Assembly (NCBI GenBank): GCA_018818285.1
Contig: JAHIRT010000075.1
Location: forward strand, 1,608-33,607
DNA: 32,000 nucleotides
Reading direction: 5' to 3'
Origin: Nanobdellota archaeon
GTDB taxonomy: Archaea > Nanobdellota > Nanobdellia > Pacearchaeales > GW2011-AR1
Positions 8,950 to 17,456 of this stretch are shown here, piece by piece (position 1 is the first letter of the stretch; every line of letters starts with the position of its first letter). The translations under genes and the position numbers were made by a program. The notes beneath the pieces are model-generated. The model searched no databases and was not told where the DNA came from. It saw nothing but the letters and a program-made list of their open reading frames with translations.

Positions 8950-10146
8950 TTATCCAAAACTTTTTTCAATCTCAATCATTCTTCTTAATTTAGCATCTCT
9001 TTCTTCTCCCATAACTCCTGTTTTAATGTAGTCTCCTTCAAATCCAAAGCACAAATCTGCAAGAATATTTTCTGATGTTTCTCCTGACCTGTGTGAGAAA
9101 ATTGTTTTGATTCCATGTTTTTTTGCCAGTCTGACTAATCTTGAAATCTCAATCAAGCTTCCAACCTGATTTGGCTTTACAATAACAGCATTAATGCTTT
9201 TTTGTTTTATTGCTCTTTCAAGTTTTTTTGGTTTTGAAACAATCAAGTCATCTCCAACAATTAAACAACCTCCTAAGTTTTTTGACATTTTTGTTAATTT
9301 AGAAAATCCAGAAAAATCATTTTCTTCTAAAGGATCTTCCATATAATCAAGTCCAAAATATTCTATTAATCTGCTTACAAACTTTATCTGCTCATTTTTT
9401 TGAAGTATTTTTCTTGAGTTTTTATAATTATAAACAAGCCCGGTGTAAAAACTACTTGCAGCAATATCAACTCCAATATCGACTTCTTTTCCAATTTCAT
9501 TTTCTATTTGAAGTTTTATTTTTTTTAACATTTCTAAAACTCTCACATTGCTTAGAGAAGTTGTCCATGCATTTTCATCATTCAATCTTCCCTTCGCATT
9601 TCTAATTTTCAATTCTTGCTTGCAGATCCTCCATATTTTTTTCATTAAAAAAACAGAATCAGAAAAATTTTCTGTTTTAGGAATAATTAAAAATTCCTGA
9701 AAATCAGGTTTTTTGCTGAATAATCTTGTTTTTGAATGCAAGCCTCCACCAATACAATTGCCAACTGGAAATGGAAATTTTCTTGCTTTTTCATTTATTA
9801 ATTCCCATACTTGTTTTCTTTTTTCATTTGCAAGTGCTTTGAGAACACTTGATTCTAAAGCAAATAATGTATTTGCTCCAACTTTCCCTAAAATTAAATT
9901 TTCTATTTTTTTTAAATCAGAAAAATTATTTATATTTAACTCAGAGATTTTATCTGAAAAAATTTCCAAGATTTCAAAATCATGATAAATACCTCTGTGA
10001 TAAGCTGGAGCTTCGTCTTTTCCTTTGCTTTTTCCATTTGGTGAAGAAGCTAAAAACAATCCATTTTGGGTTTTAGATAAAACTTGAATTGTTTTTTCAT
10101 TTCTTGAATCCCTAATAATTCTTGCACCTACTTTTTCAATTTTCAT
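8950..10146 (-). CDS. eno: Enolase (short, divergent)
   Basis: Motifs SSPNGKSKGKDEA (cf. SGASTGxxEA), DIAASSFY, EDPLEENDF, VGDDL, VKPNQVGS, SHRSGETSENILADL and KTGVMGEERDAKLRRMIEIE. Confidence 0.9.
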   Translation of the reverse strand: MKIEKVGARIIRDSRNEKTIQVLSKTQNGLFLASSPNGKSKGKDEAPAYHRGIYHDFEILEIFSDKISELNINNFSDLKKIENLILGKVGANTLFALESSVLKALANEKRKQVWELINEKARKFPFPVGNCIGGGLHSKTRLFSKKPDFQEFLIIPKTENFSDSVFLMKKIWRICKQELKIRNAKGRLNDENAWTTSLSNVRVLEMLKKIKLQIENEIGKEVDIGVDIAASSFYTGLVYNYKNSRKILQKNEQIKFVSRLIEYFGLDYMEDPLEENDFSGFSKLTKMSKNLGGCLIVGDDLIVSKPKKLERAIKQKSINAVIVKPNQVGSLIEISRLVRLAKKHGIKTIFSHRSGETSENILADLCFGFEGDYIKTGVMGEERDAKLRRMIEIEKSFG

Positions 10147-10170
10147 TTCTAAAGCAAGTTAAAATGAGTT

Positions 10171-10185
10171 TTTATATATTATCTA
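10171..10185 (-). promoter_or_regulatory. TATA box of eno
   Basis: tttatata is centred about 28 nt upstream of the eno ATG (10146). The same spacing recurs at other genes in the window. Confidence 0.4.
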
Positions 10186-10364
10186 AATGGGAATTTTATT
10201 TTCTTTATTGATGATTGAAATATTTGTAAATAAATCTGAGTTGTTTTAATATTGCTAAGCCTTAATAATTTTCAAAGGCTAAAAAGTGGAAAGGGGTTTG
10301 ATATTCAATCAGAAATCAGTGTTAATAAGTGGGTTTGGAGCTTATCTAATTTTATATAGATCAA

Positions 10365-11102
10365 TCATCCAAAAGAAGAGGTTTGTCCAAACAATTTAGG
10401 TTGGTGAAATTCTTGATGTGCTTGCATTATTTTATTTTGTGCACTTAAAAAATCTAGACGTTGCATCATTTCTTTTTCTTTTGGATCTTTTATATCATCA
10501 TAGTTCTTTATTGGTACTATGGGTAATTCAATAACAGGAACTTCTTTTTGCATAATGTCGCTGACAATTTCAGCTAATTGTTTTTCTTTGGATCCTGTTT
10601 TTAGCCCATATGGTTTAAAGAAAGCTCCTGTAATATCTGTCCTTCATCACCTTTCAAAATTAACTCGTTATATTTGATATCATCAGGACCTTGTGTTTGT
10701 GTTAAAAGAATTAATGGGTGTGTAATTTTTCCCTTATGTTTTTGAACATATTTTTCTAACTCTTTTGGGTCTTGTAGACTTCCTAAATCACAATTCCACG
10801 ATATTTGAACCAAACCATTGTAAGCAGGATCAAGTATTATACCTATATTCCCAAAAGTTTCCATTTGATATACTTCTCCACCATGCCAACCAATTTTCTG
10901 TTTTGCAGATTCTCCATCTAAATGTGCTATCATAGATGTTCTATAGAATTGATTTGGATCTCTTACTCTATTCACTTTATCCTTCATTTCTTGAGGAGAA
11001 ATTCCATTACCATTCCAATCCAATAGACCATGAACTAAATAAATGAAACCATTTGGATTATGATCTTCTGGTTCTGTTAATGATTTTTTCCTTCAGGGAC
11101 AT
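10365..11102 (-). pseudogene. Frameshifted gene of unknown function (at least two frame breaks)
   Basis: ATG at 11102 opens MSLKEK... The frame is then lost in an A-run (GGAAAAAATCA, about 11083..11089). The main frame is open from 11092 (RKKSLTEPEDHNPNGFIYLVHGLLDWNGNG...) but has no ATG. It stops at 10601, while another frame stays open across the stop (GAFFKPYGLKTGSKEKQLAEIVSDIMQKEV...) to 10365. Confidence 0.55.
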
Positions 11103-11292
11103 TCTATTAAAATCAATTCTTTTGAGAGTTTAACAGAAGACCCTACCAACAAATTAATTTTATTTCAAAATTGAGTTATAATCTTTTTCCCAAACCCCAA
11201 ATTCTTTTCAAAGAACTAAATCTCCTTTACTTCTTATGTAACTCACTAACATATATTTAATATATCCCATAACATATGTCACCTTATATAGA

Positions 11293-11305
11293 AAAGTTTA
11301 TATAC
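11293..11305 (+). promoter_or_regulatory. BRE/TATA of the 11326 gene pair
   Basis: aaagtttatatac is centred about 25 nt upstream of the ATG at 11326, which implies a leaderless or near-leaderless mRNA. Confidence 0.45.
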
Positions 11306-11325
11306 CTGCTAACATATTTTTCTTT

Positions 11326-11712
11326 ATGAAAATTAAAGACCATTTAGATTCTTTTGAAGAACATAAAGAAATCATAGATTTGGTTGTAAGCATAAGAGGT
11401 TTAGAAAAGTCCCAAAGAACTATAGGATTGCATAGTTCAAGAGCAATTGTAGAATTATTATCAGCTTATTTGCATGAAAAAAATCTGATTACATTAGGAA
11501 CCCAACTTAATCATAGATGGTTTAAATCTAAGTCAGTAAGTGAAAAACTCCCAAATTTTCCTAAAAAAGAAATCATTATTAATAATATGATGAATTTAGA
11601 AAATCTTTCTGAAGACCTTGCTTATGGTTCTCCAAAATCTATTGAATTAATCAAAAAAAATTTATTATTACTAAATAAAATAAATGAACAAATTCAGGAA
11701 TTAAGAAAATGA
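11326..11712 (+). CDS. Helical protein, putative partner (HEPN / HI0074-like?) of the downstream nucleotidyltransferase
   Basis: 128 aa, and by eye its composition looks helix-forming. It overlaps the next gene by ATGA (11709..11712). I could not find a canonical Rx4-6H motif. Confidence 0.6.
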   Translation: MKIKDHLDSFEEHKEIIDLVVSIRGLEKSQRTIGLHSSRAIVELLSAYLHEKNLITLGTQLNHRWFKSKSVSEKLPNFPKKEIIINNMMNLENLSEDLAYGSPKSIELIKKNLLLLNKINEQIQELRK

Positions 11713-12317
11713 AAAAAACAGGAAGTTTTCAAAAATCAAAAATAATATCTTATGCAATGAACTTGGCATCTTTTTTAATTAATTTAGCTGGAGATAAAAT
11801 AAATAAAATAATTTTGTTTGGTTCAGTTGTTTCAGGCGAATTTAATAAAGAAAGTGATATTGACATTTTTGTAGATAGTGATTTAGAAAAAAAAGAAATA
11901 AATAAATTTTTTGAACTTTATCAAAAAACCAAAGATTATGAAAAATTTTTCTCAATAATAAAAAATCCAATTAGTTTGAGGGTTGGCAAATTAGAAAAAT
12001 GGACTTCCTTGAAAAGAGAACTTATTTCAAATGGGCTTTTGCTTTATGGAAAATACAAAGAACTTCCGGAGAAATTAAAAGCATTTAGCATAATCCAAAT
12101 CTCTGCAAAATCAATTAATCTTTGGAGAAAAATTTATGGATATAAACAAAAAGTTGGGAGAAAAATTTATATTTCAGAAGGAATTATAAGCAAACTCGGA
12201 GGTAGAAAACTAACACAGGGTTTAGTTTTAATTCCACAGGAAAAAACAAATGAATTCCTAAAATTTTTAAAAAAGAATAAAATTAATTATACAGTTGAAG
12301 AAATTTGGAAAGAGTGA
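11709..12317 (+). CDS. Minimal nucleotidyltransferase (MNT / Pol-beta superfamily) with a C-terminal domain of about 100 aa
   Basis: Motif ILFGSVVSGEFNKESDIDIFVDS matches GSxxxGx(n)SDxDxxV. The C-terminal half (AFSIIQISAKSINLWRKIYGYKQKVG...LVLIPQEKTNEFLKFLKKNKINY) is of unknown family. Confidence 0.8.
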   Translation: MKKTGSFQKSKIISYAMNLASFLINLAGDKINKIILFGSVVSGEFNKESDIDIFVDSDLEKKEINKFFELYQKTKDYEKFFSIIKNPISLRVGKLEKWTSLKRELISNGLLLYGKYKELPEKLKAFSIIQISAKSINLWRKIYGYKQKVGRKIYISEGIISKLGGRKLTQGLVLIPQEKTNEFLKFLKKNKINYTVEEIWKE

Positions 12318-12320
12318 AAA

Positions 12321-12725
12321 TTAAATTTCCTTTACTTCTTTTTCTTTGTCAGTTTTGCTCTCAACTTCTTCTTCATCATCAGGAGTTGCAAGTTCCATAA
12401 TCTCTCCTTCTTCTTTTATTTTTTCTTCTTCCTCTACTTCTTTTTCCTCTATTTTCTCGTCAATGTTTTTTTCTTTTTCTTTTTCAACTTCTTTTTTAAG
12501 CTTAGATTCAATTTTTTTTGGAAATGGTCTTTTTACACTAATTGGAAGAACTCCAGATTCAAATTCAATTTCAGCAATTTTTAAAGGGTCAAATTTTACT
12601 TCTTCTAATTTTTCTTTTTTTATTTTAAGAAGCAATGGTGCATCCATAGATATTTGCAGGGCTCTTGCACCTAAAATTCTTGCAGATTCATATTTTGTGA
12701 ATTTTATTTTTTCCATTTTATTCAA
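12321..12725 (-). CDS. rpoK: DNA-directed RNA polymerase subunit K (Rpo6) with an acidic K/E-rich C-terminal tail of about 65 aa
   Basis: [26 protein letters not shown]...[21 protein letters not shown] is the Rpo6/omega core. The tail is [21 protein letters not shown]... The gene overlaps rrp42 by 8 nt. Confidence 0.85.
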   Translation of the reverse strand: MNKMEKIKFTKYESARILGARALQISMDAPLLLKIKKEKLEEVKFDPLKIAEIEFESGVLPISVKRPFPKKIESKLKKEVEKEKEKNIDEKIEEKEVEEEEKIKEEGEIMELATPDDEEEVESKTDKEKEVKEI

Positions 12726-13530
12726 CTCCTTCTGTTTCTTTTTGAATATCTTTAAATTTTCTTACAGTCAAGTCAATTATTTTTGAGATTTCTTCCTGAG
12801 TAAAAGTGCCTTCTCCGCCTTTTTGCAAAGAGCTTATAATTATGTCATCTCCTTTTTTAGAGTCTGTTAATCCAAATGAAATTCTTGAAGTGCTTGAATC
12901 TTCTTCTTCTCTTGTAGTATCAACAACAATTTTATCTCCAATTTTATAACTTGTTATTGTCACAGGGACTCTTTCATTTAAAGGAAGTGATTTTGAGCTG
13001 AACTCTCCGAATTTTATTTTTTCAGTTTTCTCGTCGTATTTTGGCATTTTTGCACTTTTTAGAGCTTCAACAGCTGCAATGCATCCTGCATCAATAAGAT
13101 TTCCATCATCATTCAGAGTATACAAGTCAATTAAAACTGTATAAACTTTTTCTCCTTTTTTTATGCATAATTTTTTAAAATCAATAAAACCTGATTCTCT
13201 TATTACTCTGTCAATTATTCTTGCAATTTCAATAGCTTCAATTCTTGGAGGTCCATATTCAAATCTTGAAGATGATAATGGAAGAAGTTCTAATGTTGTT
13301 ATCATGGTTCCCTCATCTTCATGATCAGGATAAGGCTCAGAAACATCAACTTTAATTCCTGCTATTACTTCTGTGTCTCCAATCTTTACTCTTGCAGAAC
13401 CTTCGGCATTTTTACTTATTCCTGTTTCAATTTCTATTTTTCTAAAATCTTCAGGTTTTCGTCCATCTAATCTTTTATCTTCTTTCAATGATTCTCTAAT
13501 TTTCTTTTTATTTATATTTGAAATTTCCAT
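12718..13530 (-). CDS. rrp42: Exosome complex component Rrp42 (RNase PH-like)
   Basis: [41 protein letters not shown] is the RNase PH domain pattern. The gene sits downstream of rrp41, as expected. Confidence 0.9.
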   Translation of the reverse strand: MEISNINKKKIRESLKEDKRLDGRKPEDFRKIEIETGISKNAEGSARVKIGDTEVIAGIKVDVSEPYPDHEDEGTMITTLELLPLSSSRFEYGPPRIEAIEIARIIDRVIRESGFIDFKKLCIKKGEKVYTVLIDLYTLNDDGNLIDAGCIAAVEALKSAKMPKYDEKTEKIKFGEFSSKSLPLNERVPVTITSYKIGDKIVVDTTREEEDSSTSRISFGLTDSKKGDDIIISSLQKGGEGTFTQEEISKIIDLTVRKFKDIQKETEGVE

Positions 13531-13532
13531 TT

Positions 13533-13595
13533 TTAGTTTTTTGAAATTTTAAATGCTTGAAAATTTCCTGTTTTCATTGTGTTTGAAATTTCCAT
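13533..13595 (-). other. 20-codon uORF created by duplication of the rrp42 start region
   Basis: Minus strand: TAA(rrp41 stop)-A-ATGGAAATTTCAAAC...AACTAA-AA-ATGGAAATTTCAAAT(rrp42). The uORF MEISNTMKTGNFQAFKISKN shares its first 14 nt and MEISN with rrp42. Confidence 0.35.
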
Positions 13596-13596
13596 T

Positions 13597-14295
13597 TTAT
13601 TCCCCCATATCCTTTAAAGCTTTTTTCTGAACTTCATAAATTTTTTTGCAGGCATCTCTTCCTACTTTAATTGCTTCTCTTAATTCATCTTCTTTTATTT
13701 TTCCATCTAATTGAAGATGGCTTAGTTCTCCACTTGCAGATTTAAATGACATTGCAATATCTGTTGCTCCTTCTCCTTCTTCATAATCTTCTTCTGTTTT
13801 ATCAACATCAACTACAAGTGTTTTATCAATTTTTCCTATGCTTACACTTGTTACAAGCTCTTTCATAGAAATTCCTGCTTGTGCTAATGCAATTGCCGCT
13901 GCATTTATTCCCGCACATCTTGTACTTGCATTTGCTTGGAGAATTTCAATATGAACGTCAACAACAGTATTTGGATAAGCATCCAAGTCAACAACAGAAC
14001 TTAATGCCCATTCAGTTATCTTGCTTATTTCTTGGCTTCTTCTTGAAGGTCCTGGTCTTATTCTTTCTCCAACACTAAAAGATATCATATCATAATTGCA
14101 TCTTAATATTCCTTTTTGGGGATTTTGAAGATGCTGAGGATGAAGTGGACGAGGACCATAAACAGAAGCAATTGCAATTGTATCCCCAAATCTGAACATG
14201 GCAGAACCATTTGCATTTTTTATTATTCCAACTTTAGCTTCCATTTTTCTTGTTTCATCAAACTTTCTTCCATCATATCGTTTTGTATAAGCCAT
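13597..14295 (-). CDS. rrp41: Exosome complex exonuclease Rrp41 (RNase PH-like, catalytic)
   Basis: YDGRKFDETRKMEAKVGIIKNANGSAMFRFGDTIAIASVYGPRP and the downstream RNase PH pattern. Confidence 0.92.
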   Translation of the reverse strand: MAYTKRYDGRKFDETRKMEAKVGIIKNANGSAMFRFGDTIAIASVYGPRPLHPQHLQNPQKGILRCNYDMISFSVGERIRPGPSRRSQEISKITEWALSSVVDLDAYPNTVVDVHIEILQANASTRCAGINAAAIALAQAGISMKELVTSVSIGKIDKTLVVDVDKTEEDYEEGEGATDIAMSFKSASGELSHLQLDGKIKEDELREAIKVGRDACKKIYEVQKKALKDMGE

Positions 14296-14296
14296 T

Positions 14297-15028
14297 TTAT
14301 TTTTTACCTTCAGTTTTTTTTACAATTTTTTTTAAAGGTTTATTTTCAAACCATTCTTTTACTTTTTCAGTCAAGCCATCAATGAAACTTTTGCCAACAA
14401 CAAATTCTATTGCTTCTCTGGCTTTTATTTCATCTTCAACCTTGTCTCCTGAAATCCAAACAATTCCATTTTGCCCCACAACAATATTGCATTTAGTGTT
14501 TTCTTTTATTAATTTTATCATACTTCCTTCTCTTCCGATTACTCTTGGAACTTTGTTTGAATTAATTTTTGTTATTATCCCGCCTTCTAATTTTCCTAAT
14601 CCTCGACCTTTTATTGTTAAGTCTATTCCACTATTTTTAACAGAAATAACTTCACAAGACAACATATCACCAATATTGTAATAGTCTTTTAAATCTCCTT
14701 TTATAAATCTTGGGCATTCTGCAACTTGCAAAAATGCAGAATAAGGAGCATTAATATCCATTATCCATCCTTTAAATGTAATATTTTCAATTCTTCCAAT
14801 AACAACATTTCCCATTCTTGGCATATAAACCCCAGACAAAGGGATTAGTTTAATAAGTCTTCCTGAAATATCTACAAGCCCAAATTTATTTGCAACTATA
14901 TTTTCGCCTTCTCTTCTTGTTCCATCTCCAGGAAGATAATCTTTTCCAGAGACTATTGTCTCTCCAGGAACAGCAATTTCCCTTACTTTCTTTTCTTTTT
15001 CTTCTGTTTGTTTTTTTTCTGAAATCAT
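14297..15028 (-). CDS. rrp4: Exosome complex RNA-binding protein Rrp4 (S1 + KH)
   Basis: VPGETIVSGKDYLPGDGT...IKLIPLSGVYMPRMGNVVIGRI...GWIMDI and the C-terminal KH-like VPRVIGREGSMIKLIKENTKCNIVVGQNG. Confidence 0.9.
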   Translation of the reverse strand: MISEKKQTEEKEKKVREIAVPGETIVSGKDYLPGDGTRREGENIVANKFGLVDISGRLIKLIPLSGVYMPRMGNVVIGRIENITFKGWIMDINAPYSAFLQVAECPRFIKGDLKDYYNIGDMLSCEVISVKNSGIDLTIKGRGLGKLEGGIITKINSNKVPRVIGREGSMIKLIKENTKCNIVVGQNGIVWISGDKVEDEIKAREAIEFVVGKSFIDGLTEKVKEWFENKPLKKIVKKTEGKK

Positions 15029-15030
15029 TT

Positions 15031-15708
15031 TTATTCCTTAACTTCCTCAACAATAGCACTTCCATGTGTCACACCATTTAGTTTATCATAAAAATCCATT
15101 TGCAAGCCAGCTGGAAGATTTATTATGCATGATAAATCTCCATTACTCATCCAGTTCTCTGTTTCCTTATAGTCCTTTAATAAACCATAAACTTTTCCTG
15201 TATGAACTGCAGGAACAAGTATTTTTAATTTTTTTGTTTCAATTGTTATAGGGATAATTTTTTTTAGTTCAGAAATTATCTCTGTGATTTGCTGTTCAAT
15301 TGGTTTATTTTTAATTTTAATTTTTGATTGTTCAAGAGCTTCTTTAATTCTTGATTCTGAATGCGGTCTTCTTGTTGTTGGGTCAACAGCATTTTTTATT
15401 AAAAATTCAATAACTTGTTTTGTTTTTGTTTCTTGTTCTTTTTTTCTGTATTCTGTTGGTAGGACTACTTCTCCTTGCTTGATTATTTTTTCAGCAATTA
15501 TTTTGAAATCAGAAGTTCCAAAATTTTCTTCCAATTCTTTTGAACTTGCTCTTAATCCTTTTTTAACATCCTGAAAAATATCATTAACAGCAACAACATT
15601 GTCCAAACTAACATCTATTCCCTGCTTTAATTGCAGTGCTTTATCAACATCAACAAGAATTTCAAAATTTTTTCCCTTAATTTTTAATCTTGCTTCAACA
15701 TTAACCAT
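15031..15708 (-). CDS. SBDS-family ribosome maturation protein (Sdo1)
   Basis: N-terminal VEARLKIKGKNFEILVDVDKALQLKQG. The length and the position between psmA and rrp4 are typical of the archaeal exosome superoperon. Confidence 0.88.
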   Translation of the reverse strand: MVNVEARLKIKGKNFEILVDVDKALQLKQGIDVSLDNVVAVNDIFQDVKKGLRASSKELEENFGTSDFKIIAEKIIKQGEVVLPTEYRKKEQETKTKQVIEFLIKNAVDPTTRRPHSESRIKEALEQSKIKIKNKPIEQQITEIISELKKIIPITIETKKLKILVPAVHTGKVYGLLKDYKETENWMSNGDLSCIINLPAGLQMDFYDKLNGVTHGSAIVEEVKE

Positions 15709-15719
15709 ATTATAATTTC

Positions 15720-16451
15720 CTATTTTGCATACTTCTTTAATTCATAAGCATCCACTCTTTTTAGTTTTTTTTCCTTAAGTGTTACGTAAGCAACATCAAA
15801 TCTGCTGACATCAAAATTCTTTCCTAAAAGTTTTTTAAATATCTTAAATCCTAATTTTATTCCTTCTTCGATGGTTATTCCTTCTTGATATTCTTCCCTT
15901 AGCATTTCTTTTATTTTTTCATCATTTTCTCCAATTGCTGAAGCTTTATATTCAAAATAATTTCCAGTAACATCTGAGAAATACAATCTTGGTTTATCTT
16001 TTGTTAGTCCTCCAATCATTACTGAAACACCAAATGGGCGCGCTCCGCCATATTGTGTAAATGCTTGTTTTAAATTTGAAATTTCTTTGATTAAAGACTC
16101 AATTTCAATTCCACTATCATAAGTAACTCTGTTTTGTTGGGCAATTAATTGTGCTCTTTCAATTAAAATTCTTGCATCACTAAGGATTCCTGCAGCACTT
16201 CCCATAACATGCTCGTCAATTTCATAGATTTTATTTGCAGAGTCCTCTACAATTAATTTATCTCTGGTTCTTCTATCAGCAACTATTAAAACTCCATCAC
16301 AACAAACAATTCCAATGCTTGAACTGCCTAATCTAACGGTTTTTTCAGCATATTCAACTTGTAAAAGATGTCCATCTGGGGAGAACATAGTTGCAGTTCT
16401 ATCATAACCCATTACTTGATTTTGCATTTCCATTGGTACATCCATTTTCAC
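15720..16451 (-). CDS. psmA: Proteasome subunit alpha
   Basis: YDRTATMFSPDGHLLQVEYAEKTV plus the Ntn-hydrolase alpha-type body. Confidence 0.93.
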   Translation of the reverse strand: MKMDVPMEMQNQVMGYDRTATMFSPDGHLLQVEYAEKTVRLGSSSIGIVCCDGVLIVADRRTRDKLIVEDSANKIYEIDEHVMGSAAGILSDARILIERAQLIAQQNRVTYDSGIEIESLIKEISNLKQAFTQYGGARPFGVSVMIGGLTKDKPRLYFSDVTGNYFEYKASAIGENDEKIKEMLREEYQEGITIEEGIKLGFKIFKKLLGKNFDVSRFDVAYVTLKEKKLKRVDAYELKKYAK

Positions 16452-16729
16452 TTAGTTTCCATAAGTTTTAAATTTGTTATCATTTTAAAAATTTCTTGTT
16501 TTTAAAAGGCAAAAAACTTCTTGTTTTTTTCATTTTTTAAAAATAGGTAATTTTTCACCTAAAGTTTATTTTCTCTCTACCAGAAATATAAAGAAATAGG
16601 GTTTTTAAATTTTTGGGGAGTGTTTTTTTTGTGTAATGCCAGAAATAAGATTGCTCCAATAACCAACTATGAAAAAACAGAAAACCTTATATATTAATTA
16701 TATACTTTTGTTTTATAGAGGTAATAAAA

Positions 16730-17083
16730 ATGTACACAAGAATGCCAGATACTTATAGGGGCGGGATAGATAATGCAAGTAGAGCAAGTGATGTGGATGA
16801 TAGAAGAGTAGGTTATGTTTCATTAAAAAAAATAAAAACACCTTTAGTAGCACTACTCATTCTAATATCATCATATGGCTGTGCTTACAATAAAGCTGCG
16901 TCTAAACCATTTATAGGTTCAGGACCAGTAAAATTAACCCGAGAACAGAAAGCAGATTATATTCGCAGACATGGAAAAACCGCTGGAGAGGAAATTGCTG
17001 ACGAAGAAGAAGGGTCTAAAAAAGCTAAAACTATAAGCGGGTTAGTAGAAAATGCTTTGAAGGTTCTTTTATTGGGTTTATAG
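16730..17083 (+). CDS. Hypothetical lipoprotein-like or membrane-anchored protein, inserted on the opposite strand within the superoperon
   Basis: 117 aa with a TM/lipobox-like LVALLILISSYGC. GAGGT lies 8 nt upstream of the ATG. Visibly richer in G/C than the neighbouring genes. Confidence 0.5.
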   Translation: MYTRMPDTYRGGIDNASRASDVDDRRVGYVSLKKIKTPLVALLILISSYGCAYNKAASKPFIGSGPVKLTREQKADYIRRHGKTAGEEIADEEEGSKKAKTISGLVENALKVLLLGL

Positions 17084-17186
17084 GTAATCATTTTATTTCT
17101 TAAGTCTCCAAGAAACTTAAATATTGATATTATAGATAAGTGAATTAGTTAAGATTTAGAATAGGCAGGATTTAAATTTTAACATA

Positions 17187-17456
17187 TCATCTTTTAATCT
17201 TCTTCAAACTCCCACTAACCCTCTTAACCAAAATTCCGGCTAAATTCAAACTTGCCCTAATTTTATCTGTTTCTTTTCTGTTGATTGCAAGAATATTATT
17301 GCCTATAAACTGCGGGCTTGCTTTTGCATAACCTAAGATTCCAATATAATCTAATATAGCTTTTTCCACTTCTTTTTTATTTGATTTTTCCAATAATAAA
17401 TATCTCTTATTTTCTCTTAAGCTTGGTTTCAGAGCTTTTTCTTTTTTTTGCTTCAT
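17187..17456 (-). CDS. rnp2: RNase P protein component 2 (Pop5/Rnp2), reduced 89-aa form
   Basis: LKPSLRENKRYLLLE...LGYAKASPQFI...ILAINRKETDKIRASL...VKRVSGSLKKIKR aligns to the Pop5 pattern (LPPTLRxKKRY...GxxRC...VSGTIK). Its N-terminus overlaps the protease gene by 50 nt. Confidence 0.8.
   Translation of the reverse strand: MKQKKEKALKPSLRENKRYLLLEKSNKKEVEKAILDYIGILGYAKASPQFIGNNILAINRKETDKIRASLNLAGILVKRVSGSLKKIKR

Noticed and set aside
10207-10250. Possible C/D box sRNA (TTGATGA ... CTGA).
   Set aside because: The first box lacks the leading purine. The C-to-D' spacing is 21 nt, too long for compact archaeal sRNAs. No C'/D pair or terminal stem was found.
11326-11712. Calling the 128-aa protein a catalytic HEPN RNase toxin.
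   Set aside because: No Rx4-6H motif is visible. Only the genomic pairing with an MNT-type gene supports a HEPN-like assignment, so it is left as putative.
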